Positions 49,597 to 59,303 of a DNA stretch of 64,000 nucleotides are shown piece after piece (position 1 is the stretch's first letter; the number at the start of each line of letters is the position of its first letter). The notes beneath the pieces are model-generated. The model was not told the origin of the DNA, did not search any database, and saw only the letters and a list, made by a program, of their open reading frames with translations. The stretch is from Vitrella brassicaformis CCMP3155 (lineage: Eukaryota > Protista > Chromerida): assembly GCA_001179505.1 (NCBI GenBank), contig CDMY01000264.1, positions 79,671-143,670 of the forward strand. Direction: 5' to 3'. A program made the position numbers and the translations under genes.

Positions 49597-52515
49597 GGAT
49601 CAAGCTGATCTAATGTCGCACCGCTTACTGCCTTGCGTGTGTGGGTGTGTGTGGGGGTGTGTGGTACAGATTTGTTGCCCGAGAGTGAGCAGGGGCAGTC
49701 TGTGGTCGACAAGATATTGAGCAAGCCGGGCTACAAGGAACTCAACGAGCTCCTGCAAGTCGCCCAATGTGCGTATGCACACACACACACCCATTCATCT
49801 ATCCATCCATCCATCCGTTGTGTGTCCTTGTGCGTGCTCTCTATCTCTGTGTGCACATGTGGGTGTGGGTGTGGGTGGGTGGTATCTTGTCGCGGCAGCT
49901 CTGCCGGATGAGAGCGAGGTCAAGAAGTTGGCCATTGCGCATGCGGAAGACTCCAGACACAAACTGTACAACATGACATCAGTATGTGTGGGTGGGTGCT
50001 GGGGATGCGTTAGGGTGGGTGTTTGGTGCGCACGGATGCGCTTGTTGGCTTTGTGCGTCTGTGTCTGTGTGTGTGTGCAGGTGAGCTACTCGCCCCAGGC
50101 AGCCCTCGCACATACGGCACACAGGTCAACACACCCACACGTCCAATGGTACGCACATATCTGTCTGTCTGTCTGTGTGTCTGTCTGTGTGTCTGTCTGT
50201 ATGTATGTGTGTGTTAGGCTGCCCAAGCAGTATGCGGCCTTCTTCCGAGTGCTCTACGAGGTCACCAAGCGCGTTCCCGACTTCAGGCCGCGCACACTGG
50301 TGGAATACAACGCCCAAAGCGCACCGGGGATCATGTAATGTACCTATAGCACACACAGACACAGACACACACACGTACACATGTTTTGATGTGCTGTATC
50401 GCTCTGTGTCCGTCCATCTGCCCCTCTGTGTGGTGTGTGCGTGCAGTGCGGCACATCACATTTGGGAGGGGGGATTCACCGACACACTGGCTGTTGAACC
50501 GTCGGGTAGGTCAAGAATTGACGAATGTGTTCGTCCATCTCTCTCTGTCTCTGTGTGTGTGTGTGTGTGTGTGCGTGTATGTGTGTGCAGAGCACCTGAC
50601 GCAGATCGGCAAGTTCCTCACCTCAGGTAGAAGCGTACCAGACACACATCTTGGAGTTTGTGGATTCTTATGCGAATGTGTGCAGATTTCCCGTCCGTGC
50701 GGTGGCAGCTTCAGCTCTACGAAGTCAGTGAGCCAACACACACACGCCCACACACACACACATGGACAGATTGATGCATGTGTGTGTGCGCAATCAGGTG
50801 ACGCACACGTTCGATTTGTGTCTGGTGTCGTACGCCCTGGCGGGCATCAAGGGCCAGGAGTCGCGCGAGATGCTCATCAAGAACCTCTGGAATAGAATCA
50901 ACCCCGGAGGCTGCATGGTCGGCTTGCTGTCCTTCACACACACCTATCCATCCATCCATGCGCACCGGGCTGTGTGTATGCGTGTGTGCCAGGTGGTAAT
51001 CGAGCCCGGCACACCTACTGGTCGGTACACCACACACGTACACGTGGATGGATGGATGGATGGGTGTGTCTGCCTGCCATCGATCCATTCATGTCATGTG
51101 TGAGCAGGGTTTCGGTTCATCCACGGCGTGCGTGAGATATTCATCAAAGAGCTGGGGGATAAGAAGTTCCACTTTGTCGCTCCGGTGCGTACACACGAAC
51201 ACACACACAGATGTACCTGGAGGGAGATGGGTCCATCCATTGTGCTGTGTGTGTGTCAGTGCCCACACGAAGGCATGTGCCCTCTTGCCGTCACGGGCAA
51301 GGACTGGTCAGTCATCTATATGGCACACACACGGACACAGAGAGAGAATGCATGTGCTTCGATTCATCCATCCATCAACGGTGTGCATGTGTTTGTGTAA
51401 TGTGTGTGTCTGTGTGCAGGTGTCACTTCAGCCAGCGGCTGCACAAGATACCCCACTACATCTACAACAAAGTACGCACAAGTTCACGCCAAACACGCCA
51501 GGCACACCCTCACACAGACAGACAGACAGACACGTGATGTGATGTGTGCACATGTGTCAGGGTTATCGGTGCAACAACATCGATGACGAGAAGTTCAGCT
51601 TCTTGGTCATTCGCAAGCAGCCGGGGCCCAGGTCAGTGGACGACATACATTCGCCTGTGTGTTCTGCACGTACGTCTTGATGGTGCCCACTGTGCGTGCC
51701 GCACCCAATAGGGTGCTGTACAAGACCGAAGATGAGGCGCCTTTCCCCGCTCTCAAGTCCTACTTCTGGCCAAGAATCATATACGTGAGCACGCGCCTTG
51801 AGCTGCATATGTTGACGTCCATCCATCCATCCGCGGTGTGTGTCTGCAGCCGTCTCTGAAGCGAGGCGAGCACGTGCTGATTGACGTCTGTGCGGTGCGC
51901 GTTGACGCAAACACAAACACTCACACCAATGGCAATCTGTGTCTCTCTGGGTGGGTGGGTGTTTCGGGGAAGCAGGCGCCTCAGAACTTCGAGCGGCTTG
52001 CCGTCACCAAGTCGCAGTCACACGCATTCGGATACCGGTAGGGACACTATCACATCGCACACCGCATGTCCGTCGATGTGCGCACTTACTTGTCTGTGTC
52101 GTTGCTGTGTGTCCCCGTCTGTGTCTTTGCTGTGTGCAGTCAGGCGCGCACATCGATGTGGGGAGATCTCTGGCGATACCCAAAGCGGCTGTGCCGACCA
52201 GAGGTCAGCCATATATCCGTCCATCCAGCCACACATCGTGGCTCGTGTGTGTGTGTGTGTGTGTGTGCGAAAGGCACGTGCGTACATCCCTGATGAGACG
52301 AGGAGCCATCTCGAGAGGAAGGCCAAGAAGGCACGAGAGGTATGTCAGTGGGTGGGTGGGTGGGTGGGTGATGTCATCACCAACCAATGCACAAGTGGGT
52401 GCGTATTCCTGGCCACCCGCATGGCCATTGCGTGTGTATGCAGGCTCTGAAGGCGCTGGACAGCAGCCAGGCTGAGGAGTTCCTCAAGAGGGAAAAGAGC
52501 CACTACGGCAGCTAA
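48814..52515 (+). CDS. RSM22: Mitochondrial small-subunit assembly factor / methyltransferase-like Rsm22 (METTL17)
   Basis: Presequence MSARRHAVRLCVRPFG. FRVLYEVTKRVPDFRPRTLVEY, FDLCLVSYAL, LWNRINPGGCM|VVIEPGTPTG|FRFI, VAP|CPHEGMCPL..W|CHFSQR, DEKFSFLVIRK, WPRII..KRGEHVLIDVC, WGDLW. Stop TAA 52513-52515. Confidence 0.9.
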
Positions 52516-52762
52516 CTAGTTGACCGACGGATGGACAGAGGGAGGGATGCACAGACCTTCATGCCTGTCACCGTGTTTGTCGACTTTTGTGGCGGCGGTA
52601 TGTGTGACGGACCAAGTGCAGCGGCACTCTCTTGTACACATAGACGGCCGCACTGTGGTGCGATGGGACTTACTACGCGTGCGATTACGTGTGCGATAAT
52701 GGAGAAAGCAAATCCTATCCTCACAATAGGAACCTCGAATTTGCATTTGGACAGGATGGCGC

Positions 52763-52857
52763 GTCGAGACTCGACGTGGAAGATTCCACCCCCTTCCCCT
52801 CCACGTCGAGGTGGGGGTGGTGGGGGTGGACCACCACCACCACCTCGACGTGGAAGA
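52763..52857. repeat. G/C-rich hairpin with a direct repeat of one arm
   Basis: TCCACGTCGAGGTGG(G)GGTGGTGG (52800-52823) pairs with CCACCACCACCACCTCGACGTGGA (52831-52854), one mismatch. CTCGACGTGGAAGA occurs at 52770 and 52844. Confidence 0.85.
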
Positions 52858-53053
52858 CGGAAAATGATAATCTGGCGCCTTCACCTTGCTGTGCAAAAAA
52901 GTGAAGGGCAATCATCTCACCGATATGGATATCATTGCGTTGATGCCGAAGAATGAGATCACGGCGTGCATCCGATAGGTGGGCCATCTATTGAGGCACA
53001 ATCGAGACAGAGACTTTATACACAAATACTTTAGGAGGCGCGGTCAGGCCGGG

Positions 53054-53796
53054 ATGCAGGACGCGACGGCGGACTATATCAAGTACCTCCTCCTACCGCC
53101 AGAGAAAAAGTGAGCTCTTCAATACGCCAGAAGAACCCACTGCACCCATCGAACCCACTACACAAGGGCAGCTCACCAAGTGGGTGTGGATCTTGGAGGC
53201 TGACAACTCGCCAACATCCGAACCGTACGAGGTAACTGTTGAGGCGGCCCCGGCGAGTAAGCTCCCTGACGACAGACCAAAGGTGAGCTCGACACACACA
53301 CATCCAACACGCACGCGTGGATTAATGTGGGCCGCGTCTCTCTGTGTGGTTGTCAGGCTGACAATGGTTCATCTGCGGCAGTACCGCCACGTGGCCCCCT
53401 GGCGGACAAGCCCCCTGACGACAGACCAAAAGTGAGCTCGACACATACCTCTCCAACGCGCACGCGTAGATGAATGTCTGCCGCGTCTCTCTGCGTGGTG
53501 GTCAGGTTGGCAATGGTGCATCTGCTGCAGCCGCTGCGGTGCTGCCACATGGCTCTCTGGCTGGTCGAAAACCTGCTTTGAACAACCGCAAGCCAACCGA
53601 TACGGAGCGAAAACGGGACAAGATCCGTTGTTGGAAGAAAACAATAGACTACTACAAAGCTGTCATCGCCCTACACTTGACGCAGTTCAGTCAAGTGTTA
53701 GAGCACGAGAGACGGCTGTATCTGTGTATGAAGGAGGGAGCCAAGAGAATTCCCCCCAAGTCAGCTATCATACGATGTTCTTCATCGCGTAAGTGA
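53054..53796 (+). CDS. Hypothetical protein with duplicated exon-intron modules; boundaries uncertain
   Basis: Exons ADNSPTSEPYEVTVEAAPASKLPDDRPK|ADNGSSAAVPPRGPLADKPPDDRPK|VGNGASAAAAAVLPHG..KIRCWKKTIDYYKAVIALHLTQF, separated by similar gtgagctc..cag introns. Confidence 0.4.
53264..53530 (+). repeat. 149-bp-period imperfect tandem duplication spanning exon end, intron and next exon start
   Basis: CCCTGACGACAGACCAAA(G/A)GTGAGCTCGACACA.. begins at 53264 and at 53413. Similarity continues through CCGCGTCTCTCTG and GTCAGG(C/T)TG(A/G)CAATGGT. Confidence 0.9.
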
Positions 53797-53822
53797 GGGA
53801 GTCGTGTAAGTGAGGGAGTCGT
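53789..53822 (+). repeat. 17-bp perfect tandem duplication beginning at a GTAAGT donor
   Basis: GTAAGTGAGGGAGTCGT x2 (53789-53805, 53806-53822). Confidence 0.95.
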
Positions 53823-54544
53823 AAAGCATTGGTCTTGCCTGGGAGGGACTGAAATATGTGTCGTTTACGAGGACTGACTATACTGCAGGTGTTTTGCGTC
53901 ATCAACTATTCGCCACACGATACAGAGTGTTTCTGTCAACTCGCTGGGTAGGCGTCAAGCAATGGGCCATTCTCTAAAGTGCCGTGTCTCGATGTCTTGA
54001 ATGGCTGTGTCCCTTATGCTGCTCCTGCCTTGATCTGTCAATTAATCAGGGCCCAGCACGACCTGTTGTTCATCGGATCAACAGTGCGAGTCATCGCGCC
54101 TGAGAACGATGGGACCATGACAGATGGACTTCACGTGTTTGTCTGCGAGCATTCGATGTGCCCCATCAAAGTGGACTTCAATACGGTCGGTCACAAGAAT
54201 TTGCAGACCAGGGCTACCAGTGCTTTCTGTTCGAAGCGACCGAATTGACCTTTCGAGAGCTCTACGTACGTATTGGGTGCTAAGAATAGAGAAAGAGGGC
54301 GTATACGAAGAAGAAAAAGGGGAGAGACAGGACCGTCTTACACATAATCTTCCTTCTGTCTGCTTGGTTGTTTGTGTGTTGTGTGTATTTATCCATGTGT
54401 GTCTCAGGTAACTTACGCTTGTGGCGGAGTGCGTCGAGCCCCAGACCATTTTGGATCCCATCTGCCCTCCACTTTGCCTACCCCTCACTTCCCCCCACAG
54501 ACTCTTCTATCGTCGGCTTGGCAAGAGAGAGGGGCAGGATCAAG

Positions 54545-55903
54545 ATGGACGTGGGCGACAGTTCACAGCGTGATGCACTCCTGCAGCAACCGCACTTTAT
54601 AACTTATGCCTGTGGCGAAGTGCTGTGTGATAAGCAGTTTCCATCACAGACGGCTGTACAATATGCTTGCGGAGGGCACAAGCAACTATGGCGTCAACAG
54701 TGATCAGTGCGGCTGTGGGCTGTCGACGGTCGGACAGCCGGCGGCGCAGGTGACGGTGCAGACCGGCGTGAGCCTTAAGAGCAAGCAGATGAATGCGTTG
54801 AAAGCTCAGCCGCCTAGACCGCCCAGCACTCGACCACGACGACGACTCCGAACGCAAGCGGAGTCCCGCTGAGGCAGTGCGGCAACTGCATTCTGGGCCA
54901 CGGCAAGGCGCCGAATACAGAGGAGGTCAAGCACTTTGCAAACCCTCCCTGGGTTTTACACGTCATACACCCATGTTTGTATGGCTTGGCACCGTGCTGT
55001 ACAGCGTGTTGTTCAACTGGCACGCCTACATATCACCATTTCTCTCTCTCTGTGGGTGTGTTGCTGGTTCAGTGTTTGTCTCGGTTGTCGGTGTTGGGTA
55101 TCTGTTGTGTTGGCATCGTTTGGATCCACACACACCCGACTTCGGTACACAACCCAACCACACTCTCACTCACCCACGCACCTCTGTCATACGGGTGTGT
55201 GGTTCATGTTGCTGTGTTGTGTTGTGTGTTCTTGGGATAGGTTAGGTTGTGTGGTTGGCAGACGGTGGGGCAGTGAGCTGTGCTCGTACTACCTCATCCC
55301 ACCGATCTGACCTGGGTACGCCATGCTCACCACCCTCACCCCCAACACACACACACGTGGTGCACACACGTATGGACCCTGTCGGTTGGGGTGTGTGTGT
55401 GATGTATTCGTGTGGACTTCAGTGCGCTTCGTATTCGTTCCATATCAACCAGAGCGTTCACCTCGAGCTTCCCGTGCGTCAGTCAACGTCACTATACGTC
55501 TCTCCCACGACATACATCATCTCGGCATCTCCGCACAGTCTTCGCATGGCTCGGCTACCCACTCATCCTGCGGAACATCGCCTACGTGCTGTGCCACCTG
55601 AAGTGCGTGCGGGACTGCGTCGTTTGGCTTCCGGAGTCCAAGACGGGGCGGGCGCCGGTGGTGGTGGTTCTGGGTCGCGTGGTGTTCCTGAACATCGACA
55701 AGCGCGTGTACAACAACCAGCGCGCGGACATCGAGAAGCGCGAGTACAACAACCAGCGCACCCGGCGGGCGGCCGCAGATGAGAAGACAGAGTTCTTCCT
55801 GATCGACGCCGAGCGGGAGGATGACATCGGCAACAAGAGCACCGGCACCAACACCCCCGGCACTTACGAGGCGCCCACAAACCCCCAGCACAAGGGAGCT
55901 TGA
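54545..55903 (+). CDS. Hypothetical (possibly membrane) protein; the last exon is clearly coding
   Basis: The terminal exon ~55540-55903 has strong C/G third-position bias (FAWLGYPLILRNIAYVLCHLKCVRDC..RVYNNQRADIEKREYNNQR..). Upstream exons are uncertain. Confidence 0.4.
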
Positions 55904-56334
55904 CCTGCAGCGGGCCCACAGGAGTGTCGGATTCCATGCAAGTCCTGCAGGCTGCATCACTTCCACCATCAGTGCCTGCAATGAAAGACGCAGTCTCAAC
56001 CCCAGCCATCCGATGACTGAAAGGGGGTGTGCCTATCATCTTCCGCTACAAATAGACATCCACCATAGCGTGTCTCTTTGTCCCATCTTAGTCCTTTGCC
56101 TGTTCCTCATCCCTTCCATCGCTGCATCATTTGTGTCTGATGACTCGTATGACTCTCGTATGACGGACAGAGTGCCAAAACATCTGATTAATGAACGGAA
56201 AGCCGTCTGCACATATCGGCTATACTCAAACACGTACTCAAAGTGTCCCATCCGTCTCGTCTATACACACGCACACACGCGCAGACACAGCAAAATGCAC
56301 ATTGCATGCACCGCATGAATCGATCGATTGTCAG

Positions 56335-59050
56335 CTACAGCACGAGCACCTCACACAGCACCTCCGCATCAAAAGTCTGCACCACCAGATCAGGCAGGCC
56401 ACCAAAGAGAGACGGGTGGGTGCATGGCAAGTATGTATGGACGTCCACACACAGGTTGGGTGGGTGCATCAATCGAGCCTGCCTGCCTGCCTGCCTGCAC
56501 GTATCGCACCGCACTGACTGACCTGTTGACTGGCCACATCAAGCACCGACACACCGGACAAACCGTGCAGACCTGACACACGGACACATCGATACACACA
56601 CGATGGAAACATTCGCCATTCCCATACGACAGACACATACGTACCTGGTAGCAGAGCAATGACGGGCAGTGTGAGCCTCTTGGATGAGTTGGCGTCCACG
56701 CGGCCTATCGACTGCACACGCGCCCACACGTCCCTCCAGGTGAATTGAATGCACGTGTGGGCGTCTTCATACAGACCTGTGTGGTGGTGCCCGGCACATG
56801 AAGGGACCCCATTCGGTCCTGCGCAGCGCACGAGTACACACATATACATACCGCACCCAAACAGACAGACAGCTGAGTGTTTGCACGAGTGTGGTGTGAG
56901 TGCATACCTTGTTCATAATAACTATGACGGTTTCCATGTCCTTGCCGGTCCGGTTGATCACATCCAGCGTGATGGGAAACGGCAGCTCCACCTGCACACA
57001 CACATGCACACACAGAGATGCCCATTCATTCATTCATTCATCTGTCGGTCGGTCTGTCTGTCTGTCTGTCTGTGTTGGCTCACCCCGACAGTGTGTGGGC
57101 ACTCCCGCACTCTCAGCTCTAGAGGCTTCGGCTGAATCGGCTGCATAAACCACCAACACACACAAAGGAGGGTATCTCTGTCCGTGTGTGTGCCTGTGTG
57201 GGATCGTACCATCTTCTCTATTCTGTATTCGTTGTGCACCCCCGGCCCGCCGGTGGATGTGCGCCACTCGAGCAGCAGACGGCCGATCGACGGCAATGTC
57301 TGACACACACATGACACACAAGTGAGAATGAATGCGTGCGCGTGTGTATATCGGTGTGTAGATGTCGTGTGTGCGCGTGCCCGGAGGTATGTGTCGTCGT
57401 CGCATTTGACGTTGAAGACGGCGAAGTGGATCTCTTTGGGCCGCACGTAACACAAAGGTGGCGCCAGCGGCCTGAATGCCCAACAAGGGTATTGGTGTGC
57501 ATGTCTGTGTGTGGTTGTGTACTTGTCGGCGTCATTTCCGGCGTCCATGACAATGCGCGTCGCGCCTAACGTTGGCTGGGCTGCACGAAGCCACATACGC
57601 ATCCATTTATCCATCCATCCATCCATCCATCGATCCATGTAAGTAGTATCTGTGTGTGTGGTGTACTAACAAGGTGTTTGTGGGCTCTCCAAAGTGAGGG
57701 CGGCATTCGTCAGCAGAGCACCTGATGCGTGTGCGCACCACACAACACATTCACACGCATACACACACCATAGTGACATGGCTGCAGGCAGGCGTGTACC
57801 TACCGCTTGACGAGACATTCTCGATGCGGCACTCCACCCACAAATCGTCCTGTCAACACACATACCACATCCATGCACCCATCCGTGTGCATGTGTGTGT
57901 GTGTGTGTGCCCAGGTACCGATATGAACTTGGTTCGGTGGGAAATTGAGAACAGTGGGGACACTGACACCCACAGACACACACCGATAGACAGGCCCAAT
58001 GCGTCTGTATGCCCCTTTGCAACAGCCGCCCACCAGTGAATCGATAGCTCCGCCTGAGTGTCCGCTGCTCGCTCGACGACGCCGTGCGGTAGGTGCTCAC
58101 AACCGTCAACACGTGCGTCATGGCCTCGTTGACGTGGTGCATTATCGTGAAATCCCTGCGCACACAAGCGACAATCAAGCAATCAACACACAAACCCTAA
58201 TGCACTTGTGTGTGTGTGTGTGCGAGTGCATGCCTGTATTCGCCAGGTCCGACTGGCCCCCTCTCTGTGGTGTCGAGCAGCAGATACCGAGATGACGTCA
58301 CGGCCGCATTTGGCGTGCTCCCCACCTCCACGCACACACGCACACACCAAGACACACGCGTATCCATCCATCTGTGTGCATGGTTTGCACGCACCCCCAT
58401 CTCCACGTTGACGCGCATATCCTCTATTCTCTCGCTCATAGACGTGTTGAGCAGGTGCAGGTAGGCCGTGAAGGTCTCGCCCACATGCACCTTGCTACAC
58501 ACACACAGACCACGTCGAGAGTGTGTGTCAATCGGCGAGCCGTCCAACTCACCCTTGGGAAGTGGGCAGCATTAGGGCGTGCGCAATGTCCAATGACGAG
58601 AGATCGTCACCATGATCAGGTGCCCCTGCTGCTGCAGCTGCAGCTGCAGCAGCAGCTGCCGGTGGTGCTGCTGGTGGTGGTGAGCCGGCCGATTGGTCCA
58701 CCTTGACACACACACAAATATACACAAGCGGACACAAAGAGAGAGAATGAAATTGCGTCTGTGTGAATGCATTCCATTCATTCACACACACACACACACA
58801 GATACACACAGACACGCACCTCGTTGAGCACTTCGTCCATCTGCGTGTCGATGTGCGGCCACACAGAAGTGGTCATCGACGGCGTCGTCAGACGCATCAC
58901 ACGCTGACGCAACGCCATAATGCCATGCAAGCCAAACACACACACACACACACAACACACAGATCAGATGAATGAATGAATCACGGTCTGGCGCCTCTTT
59001 TGCTTGTGTTTGCTCACCAATAAGAGAATGTTCTCTCGTGGATCTGCCAT
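56335..59050 (-). CDS. TRAPPC13: TRAPP complex subunit 13 (Trs65/DUF974)
   Basis: MADPRENILLL|RVMRLTTPS, ALMLPTSQG|KVHVGETFTAYLHLLN, FTIMHHVNEAMTHVLTVVSTY..TLRRSYRF, VELPFPITLDVINRT, LTLPVIALLPG, VLDVASQQ|TFDAEVLCEVLVL*. Confidence 0.88.
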
Positions 59051-59116
59051 TGTCCTGCTCACTCTCAACACACGCAGCCCCGCAACAAACACGGCGGTCG
59101 GATCGGTCTCCTTCTG

Positions 59117-59127
59117 TGCGAGCTTAG
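59117..59127 (-). promoter_or_regulatory. CTAAGCTCGCA motif in the TRAPPC13/TTLL12 bidirectional promoter
   Basis: tgcgagcttag on the + strand, identical to 28136-28146. Confidence 0.55.
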
Positions 59128-59303
59128 AGTCGAGAGCGACCTTGCCGCAGAAAGAGAGGTGAAAATGGCACGAGGACTGCGTTCAGATGGAGAGGAGAAC
59201 CGCTGTGGATGAGTGCATCTTTGCTTTTGATGGATCTTTTGCGTCACGATGTCTAACTGCAGGTGTTGCTGCTTGTGACTGACTCTGCACTTGTTGCATC
59301 ATT

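Noticed and set aside
52531-52956. ORF with RRGGGGGGGPPPPPRRGRR suggesting an RGG RNA-binding protein
   Set aside because: The Gly/Pro run is the translation of the DNA hairpin; the rest of the ORF lacks coding bias or homology cues.
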